24,282 nt of DNA from Tubiluchus corallicola (lineage: Eukaryota; Animalia; Priapulida), in the NCBI GenBank assembly GCA_030141605.1, contig JAQGDQ010001820.1:1-24282 (forward strand), written 5' to 3'. This document shows positions 1-10,427 of the stretch, piece after piece. A program made the position numbers and the translations under genes. The number at the start of each line of letters is the position of its first letter. Position 1 is the stretch's first letter. Under the pieces are notes generated by a model. It did no database searches. It saw only the letters and a program-made list of their open reading frames with translations, and was not told the DNA's origin.

Positions 1-71
1 GCTGCAGCTGTGTTCGTTTAAATACCTGAAATTAGAGTTGTAGATGTCAAATAATGGATGAGCGTAAGAAT

Positions 72-887
72 CCAGGTAATAAAGTCACGGGTAAAAAAGC
101 CACAGGTGAAAAAGTCACAAGTAAAAAAGCCACCAGTAAAAAAGTCACAAGTAAAAAAGCCACCGGTAAAACAGTCACAAGTAAAAAAAACCATCGGTAA
201 AAAGTCACAGGTAAGAAAGCCACTTGTAAAAAAGTTACAAGTAAAAAAATCACAGGTAATAAAGCCACAGATAATAAAGTCATAAGTCAAAAAGGTACAA
301 GAAAAAAGTCACAGGTAATAAAGCCACTGGCAAAAAAGATACAAGTAAAAAAGTCACAGGTAATAAAATCATAAGTAAAAAAGTAATAAATAAAAAAGCC
401 ACTGGCAAAATAGATACAAGTAAAAAAGTCACAGGTAATAATGTCATGGGTAAAAATTCACAAGTAAAAAAGCCACTGGCAAAAAAGATACAAGTAAAAA
501 ACTCACAGGTAATAAAGTCACGGGTAAAAAAGTCACAGGTAATAAAGTCATAAGTAAAAAAGTCATAAGTGAAAAAGTAATTTGTAAAAAAGCCACTGGC
601 AAAATAGATACAAGTAAAAAAGTCACAGGTAATAAGAAATAATCCTAATGCGAACACTAACCCTAATCCTAAGATATTGGACAAATATATCATACATTAT
701 AATGCCTTCATATAAAAATTCTATTTTCAATATGTCCAAGTCGGGTATTGCCAGTTAATAAATTGCGATTGACTTGAATATTTTTGTTTGATCACCCGTC
801 TTTCTTTCCCAGGGAAATTTGTGGGTTTTTTTCACGTCACTATAAAAATAATTCTGACTATTTTCCTGTGACTTTATAACCGGTCAC
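72..887 (+). mobile_element. Non-autonomous element family C (MITE- or HINE/Helentron-like) with 15-bp 5' array, short CCCTAA tract and 3' GTGAC-N10-GTCAC stem-loop
   Basis: 5' ccaggtaataaagtcac is an imperfect inverted match to 3' gtgactttataaccgg. ctaaccctaatcct lies at ~657-670. The same end architecture recurs at 11791-12618. Confidence 0.6.
74..633. repeat. 15-bp minisatellite (consensus RGTAAAAAAGTCACA), about 37 units
   Basis: Direct reading. It explains the KKSQV / CDFFT pentapeptide ORFs. Confidence 0.95.
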
Positions 888-1584
888 GGCATGTAAACAG
901 TACAGGTAACATAAGTTAATGAATGTTGCACTTTTACCACAGACTGGCTACTGCAATTGAAGTCACCTGAGAAGAAGGATAATTTTTTTAGAAGATGCTT
1001 AAAAATGTGACCAGATAATTAACAAATATATTTCACATCAGGTAAGACAGTAACCGGGGGCGTAGCAAGACTTTACGACACCCTAGGCTCATAGTTCTGT
1101 CACGCCCATCTCTATTATGATTGTTTATGTAATGAGCAGATTTAACAATTACTTGTGGTGTATTAGAAACATAGTATCTACGCGAAGTCATTATTAATTA
1201 CATGTATATTGGCATAACGCTTATATTCAAGCAGGCTGTGCAACTGTTTGTTGTGTAATACCTTGCACCTGTTCGTTATGTGGCACTTATATAGAATCGT
1301 GCTGAATAACTGCCTGTGGCGTGTTATAAAATGTGCCGCATACATGAATATGAAGGCATACACATTTTCCGACGAGAATATAATGTGACGCGCCTCAAAC
1401 TTTGGCAGCCTAGGTTGTAACCTAGCTAGCTGATTGTGGTTCGGTGCTCTGCAAGTCGGTACCGTTCGACGCAGATGGTGGTTGTGGCGGGACTGAAACA
1501 TAGCTCGTCACCAAGGATAATCTTCCGAGATGAAACAATAAACTGACGGAGATAGAACAAAAAGATCTGACACGTGTATTTTCT

Positions 1585-1682
1585 GGTTCGAATCAAAGTA
1601 TACGATATATTGCATAAAATTGCTATAAAGTAATATAATTTTTAAGGCGATTTTTCTGAAACCTACTTCAGGTACCCCTTTT
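1585..1682 (+). mobile_element. Kolobok-like family A, right-end fragment
   Basis: ggttcgaatcaaag...gcataaaattgctataaagtaat...ctgaaacctacttcaggtacccctttt matches 7544-7640. Confidence 0.75.
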
Positions 1683-1969
1683 TCAGTAGTTTTGATTTTA
1701 TGACTTTATAGTTACTCGTGGCTTTATTGTTTCGTGATTTTTTATTTGTAACTTTTACAAGTGGCTTTCTACTGTGATTTCTTATCGATGGTTTTTTGTT
1801 TGTATAGTGTTTTTGATTTGTGACTTTTTTACAATAGCAATTTTTCAATTTTTAAGCATATTTTACAGCAAAATTAATTCAGATTTTATGAATAAAAATT
1901 AAAAATAAGGGAATAAAATTTAAACAGTTTGACTCTAATTCCGTAGTTATATATAAGAGGCAAAAGCTG
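1679..1969 (-). repeat. Degraded inverted copy of ~1970-2260 (fold-back arm, axis 1969/1970)
   Basis: ttatgacttta, gtggctttatt, ttgtaacttttacaagtggctttct, cgatggtttttt, ttgtgacttttttac and actctaatt occur in the order expected for the reverse complement of 2260 to 1970. The axis is the palindrome agctgcagct. Confidence 0.8.
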
Positions 1970-3598
1970 CAGCTGTGTTCGTTTAAATACCTGAAATTAG
2001 AGTTGTAGATGTCAAATAATGGATGAGCGTAAGAATCCAGGTAATAAAGTCACGGGTAAAAAAGCCACAGGTGAAAAAGTCACAAGTAAAAAAGCCACCA
2101 GTAAAAAAGTCACAAGTAAAAAAGCCACCGGTAAAACAGTCACAAGTAAAAAAAACCATCGGTAAAAAGTCACAGGTAAGAAAGCCACTTGTAAAAAAGT
2201 TACAAGTAAAAAAATCACAGGTAATAAAGCCACAGATAATAAAGTCATAAGTCAAAAAGGTACAAGAAAAAAGTCACAGGTAATAAAGCCACTGGCAAAA
2301 AAGATACAAGCAAAAAAGTCACAGGTAATAAAATCATAAGTAAAAAAGTCACAGGTAATAATGTCATGGGTAAAAAGTCACAAGTAAAAAAGCCACTGGC
2401 AAAAAAGATACAAGTAAAAAACTCACAGGTAATAAAGTCACGGGTAAAAAAGTCACAGGTAATAAAGTCATAAGTAAAAAAGTCATAAGTGAAAAAGTAA
2501 TTTGTAAAAAAGCCACTGGCAAAATAGATACAAGTAAAAAAGTCACAGGTAATAAGAAATAATCCTAATGCGAACACTAACCCTAATCCTAAGATATTGG
2601 ACAAATATATCATACATTATAATGCCTTCATATAAAAATTCTATTTTCAATATGTCCAAGTCGGGTATTGCCAGTTAATAAATTGCGATTGACTTGAATA
2701 TTTTTGTTTGATCACCCGTCTTTCTTTCCCAGGGAAATTTGTGGGTTTTTTTCACGTCACTATAAAAATAATTCTGACTATTTTCCTGTGACTTTATAAC
2801 CGGTCACGGCATGTAAACAGTACAGGTAACATAAGTTAATGAATGTTGCACTTTTACCACAGACTGGCTACTGCAATTGAAGTCACCTGAGAAGAAGGAT
2901 AATTTTTTTAGAAGATGCTTAAAAATGTGACCAGATAATTAACAAATATATTTCACATCAGGTAAGACAGTAACCGGGGGCGTAGCAAGACTTTACGACA
3001 CCCTAGGCTCATAGTTCTGTCACGCCCATCTCTATTATGATTGTTTATGTAATGAGCAGATTTAACAATTACTTGTGGTGTATTAGAAACATAGTATCTA
3101 CGCGAAGTCATTATTAATTACATGTATATTGGCATAACGCTTATATTCAAGCAGGCTGTGCAACTGTTTGTTGTGTAATACCTTGCACCTGTTCGTTATG
3201 TGGCACTTATATAGAATCGTGCTGAATAACTGCCTGTGGCGTGTTATAAAATGTGCCGCATACATGAATATGAAGGCATACACATTTTCCGACGAGAATA
3301 TAATGTGACGCGCCTCAAACTTTGGCAGCCTAGGTTGTAACCTAGCTAGCTGATTGTGGTTCGGTGCTCTGCAAGTCGGTACCGTTCGACGCAGATGGTG
3401 GTTGTGGCGGGACTGAAACATAGCTCGTCACCAAGGATAATCTTCCGAGATGAAACAATAAACTGACGGAGGTAGAACAAAAAGATCTGACACGTGTATT
3501 TTCTGGTTCGAATCAAAGTATACGATATATTGCATAAAATTGCTATAAAGTAATATCATTTTTAAGGCGATTTTTCTGAAACCTACTTCAGGTACCCC
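1966..3598 (+). repeat. Segmental direct duplication, copy 2 (contains family C element 2037-2807 and family A end 3505-3612)
   Basis: Near-identity to 1-1678. Confidence 0.97.
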
Positions 3599-4764
3599 CC
3601 TTTTCCTGTCCTTTAAAACGGTCCTGACCATTTCTTGTTAGCACTTTCTCTGAAACCTACTTCAGGTACCCCCCTTTTCCTGTCGTTTAAAACGGTCCTG
3701 AACATTTCTTGTTAGCACTTTCTCTGAAACCTACTTCAGGTACCCCCCTTTTCCTGTCGTTTAAAACGGTCCTGAACATTTCTTGTTAGCACTTTCTCTG
3801 AAACCTACTTCAGGTACCCCCCTTTTCCTGTCGTTTAAAACGGTCCTGACCATTTCTTGTTAGCACTTTCTCTGAAACCTACTTCATGTACCCCCCCTTT
3901 TCCTGTCCTTTAAAACGGTCCTGAACATTTCTTGTTAGCACTTTCTCTGAAACCTACTTCAGGTACACCCCTTTTCCTGTCCTTTAAAACGGTCCTGACC
4001 ATTTCTTGTTAGCACTTTCTCTGAAACCTACTTCAGGTACCCCCCTTTTCCTGTCCTTTAAAACGGTCCTGACCATTTCTTGTTAGCACTTTCTCTGAAA
4101 CCTACTTCAGGTACCCCCCCTTTTCTTGTCCTTTAAAACGGTCCTGACCATTTCTTGTCAGCACTTTCTCTGAAACCTACTTCATGTACCCCCCCTTTTC
4201 CTGTCCTTTAAAACGGTCCTGACCATTTCTTGTTAGCACTTTCTCTGAAACCTACTTCAGGTACCCCCCTTTTCTTGTCGTTTAAAACGGTCCTGAACAT
4301 TTCTTGTTAGCACTTTCTCTGAAACCTACTTCAGGTACACCCCTTTTCCTGTCCTTTAAAACGGTCCTGACCATTTCTTGTCAGCACTTTCTCTGAAACC
4401 TACTTCATGTACCCCCCCTTTTCTTGTCCTTTAAAACGGTCCTGAACATTTCTTGTTAGCACTTTCTCTGAAACCTACTTCAGGTACCCCCCTTTTCTTG
4501 TCGTTTAAAACGGTCCTGACCATTTCTTGTTAGCACTTTCTCTGAAACCTACTTCATGTACCCCCCCTTTTCCTGTCCTTTAAAACGGTCCTGACCATTT
4601 CTTGTTAGCACTTTCTCTGAAACCTACTTCATGTACCCCCCCTTTTCCTGTCGTTTAAAACGGTCCTGACCATTTCTTGTTAGCACTTTCTCTGAAACCT
4701 ACTTCATGTACCCCCCCTTTTCCTGTCCTTTAAAACGGTCCTGACCATTTCTTGTTAGCACTTT
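3572..4764. repeat. 74-75-bp tandem array, 16 units
   Basis: ctgaaacctacttc recurs at 3576, 3650, 3724, 3798, 3872, 3947 ... 4692. Unit = family A terminus + TTAA + aacggtcctgaccatttcttgttagcacttt. Confidence 0.98.
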
Positions 4765-5127
4765 GACAAATGAGGAAGAGGTCCGTCAACTCCTTAGCCC
4801 AGAGACTTCAAGTACAATTGCAATTCATAGAAAAAGAACAGATGAAATGACTTCTGGCATCACTAATGGTTATTGGAATCCACGGGGCGTTCTTGTCACT
4901 CCAAATGCAAATAAATTACGCTCTAAAATAGATGCGTTTCACATGTGATTACAAATTACATAGGATGCGGGCGTTCGCTGGGGAGAGAATGCCATTCGAA
5001 TTAGGCAAAATCTGCCAAGCACAATGGCTTCATCTGTCTGAAGAAGCCTTGTGGGCGAATGGGTTTCGGGAGGTGGTATGTAGGTTAAGTTTCGTCTGGA
5101 TCGCTTTGCGTCTGTCACTGTGATGTC

Positions 5128-6078
5128 AATGTCATTGAATAGAAGCTAGAATACACAGAAGCATTGCATACTGTACACAGAGTAACGTCATATACGCACA
5201 ATGTCATTAAATTGAACGAGAGACTGAACGAAGTTAAATACACAGAAGCATTGCATACTGTACACAGAATGACGTCGAGAGTAATTCAAACCGCATAGTT
5301 CGTTCCGACAGCGCCATTAAATGACGTCATATACGCACAATGTCATTGAATTGAACGAGAGGCTGAACGAAGCTAGAATACACAGAAGCATTGCATACTG
5401 TACACAGAGTGACGTCATATACGCACAATGTCATTGAATTGAACGAGAGGCTGAACGAAGCTAGAATATAGAGAAGCATTGCATACTGTACACAGAATGA
5501 CGTCATATACGCACAATGTCAATGAATTGAACGAGACACTGAACGAAGCTAGAATACACAGAAACATTGCATACTGTACACAGAGTAACGTCGAGAGTAA
5601 TTCAAACCGCATAGTTCGTTCCGACTGCGCCATTAAATGACGTCATATACGCACAATGTCGCTGAATTGAACGAGAGACTGAACGAAGCTAGAATACACA
5701 GAAACATTGCATACTGTACACAGAGTAACGTCAAGAGTAATTCAAACCGCATAGTTCGTTCCGACCGCGCCATTAAATGACGTCATATACGCACAATGTC
5801 ATTGAATTGAACGAGAGACTGAACGAAGCTAGAATACACAGAAGCATTGCATACTGTACACAGAGTAACATCGAGAGTAATTCAAACCGCATAGTTCGTT
5901 CCGACCGCGTCACTAAATGACGTCATACACGCACAATGTCACTGAATTCAACGAGAGACTGAACGAAGCTAGAATACACAGAAGCATTGCATACTGTACA
6001 CAGAGTAACATCGAGAGTAATTCAAACGGCATAGTTCGTTAAAGGACTGTTCCGACCGCGTCATTAAATGACGTCATA
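5128..6078. repeat. Tandem array of 140-bp and 88-bp variant units
   Basis: aatgtc anchors at 5200, 5339, 5427, 5515, 5655, 5795, 5935 (spacings 139, 88, 88, 140, 140, 140). Confidence 0.95.
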
Positions 6079-6308
6079 ACGTAAATCAGGGGAAGAAAAG
6101 GAAAAGTTAAACTATGTCACAAAAAATTTCCAATCAAAGTTATATTAATTAACATTTCACTTACCTGCTTGGAAAGGCTTATGTAACTAGAAATAATAAT
6201 TTAAAATAATTGTGCCAATTGGTAAAATGTCGCTGACTCACCTCCAGGGTGCACCAGCCACTAGCCAATAAACGTATTTTTGATCTTGTTGACAAGATAC
6301 AGTAATTT
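6043..6308 (-). mobile_element. Kolobok-like family A fragment, starting at TTAA|AGGACTGTTCC
   Basis: Diverged direct repeat of 6437-6708 and reverse complement of ~7022-7290. ttaa at 6039-6042 is followed by agg. Confidence 0.75.
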
Positions 6309-6708
6309 AAAAGGGGTACCTGAAGTAGATTTCAGAAAAATCGCTTTAAAATGTCACTTTATAGCAATTTTATGCGTATATCGTACTCGCGTTGAAAGGA
6401 TTTTTTGGTTGTTTTCATTTTAAATCTCCTGCAATACTGTTCCGTCTGCGCCATTACATGACGTGATATACGCAGAACGTAAATCAGGGGAAGAAAAGGA
6501 AGTGTTAAAGTGCCAAAAAACTTTCCATGCAAAATTATATTAGCATTTCGTTTACCTGCTAGAAAGGCTTATGTACCTAGAAAAGAAAATTATTAATTAT
6601 TTAAAATGATTTCACTAATTGGTAAAATGTTCTTGACTAACCGCCAGGGTGCACCACTCACTAACCAAAAACGTATTTTTAATCTTATTGACAAATGCAA
6701 TAATTTGA
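6309..6708 (-). mobile_element. Kolobok-like family A fragment (~400 bp)
   Basis: Reverse complement of 7022-7420 (aaggggtacctgaagtagatttcagaaaaatcgc ... gcaccactcactaaccaaaaacgtatttttaatcttattgacaa). Confidence 0.8.
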
Positions 6709-6709
6709 A

Positions 6710-6770
6710 AACTATTGATGACATCACAAACTAACATAATTTTCAACAGCGAAAAATATGCCATGAGCGT
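6710..6770 (+). repeat. Fragment of interspersed repeat family B
   Basis: aactattgatgacatcacaaactaacataattttcaac...gagcgt matches 14051-14110. Confidence 0.8.
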
Positions 6771-6796
6771 CCTGCTTGTGGGTCCCCCAGACAAAT

Positions 6797-7424
6797 TCGT
6801 CTTGAAATTTTATACCACTTACAAACTGCCTTTTTGCATGCAGGGCTTGCGTCAGCAGTAACGGTGTATAAAACTTGTAAATTTGGACTCCCGCGATGGC
6901 CACAAAGCGCAGCCATTTTAATGGTAGGTCGTTTGAAACAAGTTTAGATAACATTAAGTAAAGTTTGAAAAAATAATCAGAGCATTCGTAGCGCACATGT
7001 TACTAATGAAGTAAAATTTAAAATTACTGTATCTTGTCAATAAGATTAAAAATACGTTTTTTGGTTAGTGAGTGGCGCACCCTGGAGGGTGAGTCAGCGA
7101 CATTTTACCAACTGGTGAAAACACTTTAAATTATTATTTCTAGTCACATAAGTCTTTCTAGCAGGTAAGTGAAATGCTAAGTAATATAGACTTGTATGGA
7201 AAGTTTTTTGGGACATGATTCAACATTTCCTTTTCTTCCCCTGATTTACGTTGTGCGTGTATGACGTCATGTAATGGCGCCGTTGGAACAATATTGCGGG
7301 AGATTTAAAAAATAAACAAAAATTCCTTTTAACGCGAATACGACATGTGCATAAAATTTATCTAAGGTAATATAATTTCTTAAGGCGATTTTTCTGAAAC
7401 CTATTCCAGGTACCCCTTTTCTTG
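6797..7424 (+). mobile_element. Kolobok-like family A, near-complete copy
   Basis: The 5' part matches 10466-10740 and 10744-11166. The 3' part ends ggtaccccttttcttg like the other right ends. Confidence 0.8.
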
Positions 7425-7543
7425 ACTATTGTATTTATGTTACGATTTTTAAACATATTTCAGAATTCTTTTATTCTTCAAAATCTTCAAATTTTCACGA
7501 TGGCCGTGTGAGTATGGCACTTGCTGGCGATCAAAAGGTTCTG

Positions 7544-7652
7544 GGTTCGAATCAAAGAATGCGATACACGCAAAAAATTGCTATAAAGTAATGTAATTTT
7601 TAAGGCGATTTTTCTCAAACCTACTTCGGGTACCCCTTTTCTTGTCCTTTAA
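7544..7652 (+). mobile_element. Kolobok-like family A, right end with intact terminus TTTTCTTGTCCT|TTAA
   Basis: cttgtcct at 7641-7648, ttaa at 7649-7652. A TTAA target with 5'-RR...YY-3' termini is the Kolobok signature; piggyBac has CC...GG. Confidence 0.75.
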
Positions 7653-7795
7653 GCATTGACTGCCATTTTTCTCGGTCGTCGTTTTTGCGCGGCAGTTGAT
7701 TTCATCGCAAAGGCAGAGAGGAAGGATATTGACGGATTCACGAGCGGCAGATTCGATAAACAATTACTATGCACATTTATTCACGTTTTCGCAAG

Positions 7796-8254
7796 GTCAG
7801 AATATCAGTGCTCACAAGATTAGATTGCTTGCACGGAGGAAATCTACCTAGTGCAGACAAATGTAGCTCATTATTCATGCACTAGACCTCGTCCATGGTC
7901 AGGGTGTTAGTGATGGCTACAACGACAGTCGGCCTCGTCAAGACAGAAGTCAGAATATCAGTGCTCGCAAGATTAGATTGCTTGCACGGAGGAAATCTAC
8001 CTAGTGCAGACAAATGTAGCTCATTATTCAAGCATCATACCTCGTCCATGGTTAGGGTGTTAGTGATGACTACAACGACAGTCGGCCTCGTCAAGACAGT
8101 AGTCAGACTATCAGTGCTCGCAAGATTAGATTGCTTTTGCACAGAGGAAATCTACCTAGTGCAGACAAATGTAGCTCATTATTCATGCACCAGACCTCGT
8201 CCATGGTCAGGGTGTTAGTGATGGCTACAACGACAGTCGGCCTCGCCAAGACAG
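7796..8254. repeat. 153-bp tandem array, 3 units
   Basis: gtcaga(a/c)tatcagtgctc at 7796, 7949, 8102. Confidence 0.95.
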
Positions 8255-8428
8255 CACGGGTGGCCGAGTGGTCAAGGTAAGGGATTGTTGGCCTCTGCTC
8301 CTTCTCAGATGCAACGAAATGTAAAGATAATTATGTCGAATTTTAACTGCTATTGAGAAGGTAAAATTGAATTAAATTGAATTTTGCGCTCATCTGCTTG
8401 CAGCCCGAGTTCGAATCTCACGACCACC
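8254..8428 (+). pseudogene. Interrupted tRNA-derived relic or SINE head (Ser/Leu-like)
   Basis: A-box-like gtggccgagtggtcaagg at ~8260-8277 and T-arm/B-box-like gagttcgaatctc at 8407-8419. Spacing is too long for a tRNA and I cannot assign an anticodon arm. Confidence 0.35.
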
Positions 8429-8529
8429 TGTACTCGAGCAAACAGTTGTTGTCTGTGTTGTTTATTTGTGACGTCTCAGTGTTGCTGTATTGGTTAAGTG
8501 GGCGCTTATAGTAGCCTATGGCTAATGTT

Positions 8530-9210
8530 GTCTGCTGGTCACACTGACTGCAAGTAAGTGTTTTTGTACTTTCTTGTCCTTTAAGACAATGGGAGTTTGC
8601 CAAACTGACTGTAAATAAGCGTTTTTGTCCTTTCTTGTCCTTTAAGACAACGGGAGTTTACCAAACGGACACTTTGAAGATGCAAGAGGCGGCTGCTGTT
8701 TGTCAAACTGACTGTAAATAAGCGTTTTTGTCCTTTCTTGTCCTTTAAGACAATGGGAGTTTACCAAACGGACACTTTGAAGATGCAAGAGGAGGTTGCT
8801 GTTTGTCACACTGACTGTAAATAAGTGTTTTTGTCCTTTCTTGTCCTTTAAGACAATGGGAGTTTACCAAACGGACACTTTGAAGATGCAAGACGAGGCT
8901 GCTGTTTGTCACACTGACTGTAAATAAGCGTTTTTGTCCTTTCTTGTCCTTTAAGACAATGGGAGTTTACCAAACGGACACTTTGAAGATGCAAGAGGAG
9001 GTTGCTATTTGTCACACTGACTGTAAATAAGTGTTTTTGTCCTTTCTTGTCCTTTAATACAACGGGAGTTTACCAAACGGACACTTTGAAGATGCAAGAG
9101 GAGGCTGCTGTTTGTCATACTGACTGTAAATAAGTGTTTTTGTCCTTTCTTGTTCTTTAAGACAATGGGAGTTTGCCAAACGGACACTTTGAAGATGCAA
9201 GAGGAGGCTG
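8530..9210. repeat. 103-bp tandem array, about 6 units plus one truncated 61-bp unit
   Basis: ctgactg anchors at 8544, 8605, 8708, 8811, 8914, 9017, 9120. The unit contains tttcttgtcct|ttaa. Confidence 0.97.
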
Positions 9211-9289
9211 TGGTGCTCAGTTATCATGAAAAGATTGTGACATCTGGTCACTAAGAGGTTCCATCAAGGTCGCCATGATGCAGATTATA

Positions 9290-10014
9290 CTCTGGCGGCT
9301 CGTAGCTAAAATTACTGGAGGTGCTGCTTCAGAGAATTTTTAGCCACTGTTGTTTTAATATTGTATAAAACGAAATAAACATGCATAATTTTAATGTTGT
9401 AATTTGTAATTTTAAACAAACAAACACACGAAAATTTATATGCAAACTTGATAAAGTCCTAAACCAAAAAACTGTTTGCTTACTAATAGCCTAAACTGTC
9501 GCAGTTCAATCTTGATTCATTCACTGTAAGCACGTGACAACTGACAACAAACTGTGTGAGCAACAGTACTTTCTCTACCTGGGTGCAGCCATGTGCACAT
9601 GGCCGCATGCGCACAACAGCTAAACACCACGTTACTGGAGCCCCCTTTGCTGGGCTGTGAAGCAAACAGTACTACCCTCACATGCTCTGGTTCCGTACAA
9701 GTATAAAGAAAGAACTAAAGAAAAAAGACTGTATTGAATATTATGGATAATACTAAGTGAAAATAGGGGGCGCTGCAGTTCAAGCTTGATCCATTCTCGG
9801 TAACCAGGTGACAACTGACAACAAAACTGTGTGAGCAACAGTACTTTCTCTACCTGCGCTCAGACAATGCGCATTCCCGCATGCGCGCAGCAGCCAAACA
9901 CACCACGTTGCTTGGACTGTGAAGCAAACAGCACTACCCTCACGTGCTCTGGACTGTACAAGGGGGGGGGGGTTGCTGCAGTTCCACACAGTACCCATAT
10001 ACGAGCCGCCATTG
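9290..10014. mobile_element. hAT-like MITE (~725 bp) with an internal ~190-bp duplication
   Basis: Inverted ends ctctggcggctcgta / tacgagccgccattg. Possible degenerate 8-bp TSD tgcagatt (9279-9286, offset 3 bp) / tgcagaat (10015-10022). Internal direct repeats at ~9501-9700 and ~9775-9963. Confidence 0.6.
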
Positions 10015-10194
10015 TGCAGAATGCATAATTTAATATCAATACGGCTGTAATGTTCAATATTGCTCCCAGGATGAGAATATGTTTCACGAGGTCAAATGCA
10101 AAGAAAATCAAAACAAATATAAACACTAAAATCTTCTGCACGCATAATGGTGGACGAGGGAAAGACTGAAGGGGTTAAGAACAGTAGATGAAAC

Positions 10195-10406
10195 ACGTGA
10201 CGTCATGCAGCAACACATGACGTCATGGAGCCAAATGTACTCACTTACATGACGTCATGGAGCGAAATGTACTCACATGACGTGATAGAGCGAATTGTAC
10301 TCACTTACATGACGTCATGAAGCGAAATGTACTCACTTACATGACGTCATGCAGCGAAATGTAGTCACTTACATGACGTCATTGAGCCAAATGTACTCAC
10401 TTACAT
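10195..10406. repeat. 32-bp tandem array, about 6 units, built on the palindrome CATGACGTCATG
   Basis: acatgacg at 10215, 10247, 10275, 10307, 10339, 10371. Confidence 0.95.
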
Positions 10407-10427
10407 CGGTTGTTTTGTCCTTTAAAA

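Larger units (their letters stand above)
1..1678 (+). repeat. Segmental direct duplication, copy 1 (copy 2 at 1966-3598)
   Basis: Both copies start gctgcagctgtgttcg and end acctacttcaggtacccc. The ORF track repeats at offset 1965 and then 1920. Differences I spotted: one 45-bp indel (three 15-mers, ~385-429) and four substitutions. Confidence 0.97.

Noticed and set aside
18-693. Lys-rich histone-H1-like or Cys/Phe-rich ORFs (also 1983-2613)
   Set aside because: They are translations of the 15-bp minisatellite, open in several frames on both strands.
1410-1425. Small hairpin ctaggtt-gt-aacctag
   Set aside because: A 7-bp stem is expected by chance and has no supporting context.
1178-1501. 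107-aa ORF, duplicated at 3098-3421
   Set aside because: No recognisable motif. Its recurrence is explained by the segmental duplication.
7495-7553. tRNA-like segment ending gggttcgaatc
   Set aside because: No cloverleaf. ggttcgaatcaaag is part of the family A end variant also seen at 1586 and 3506.
7641-7652. piggyBac assignment for the TTAA-flanked elements
   Set aside because: Termini are AGG...CCT rather than the CC...GG of piggyBac.
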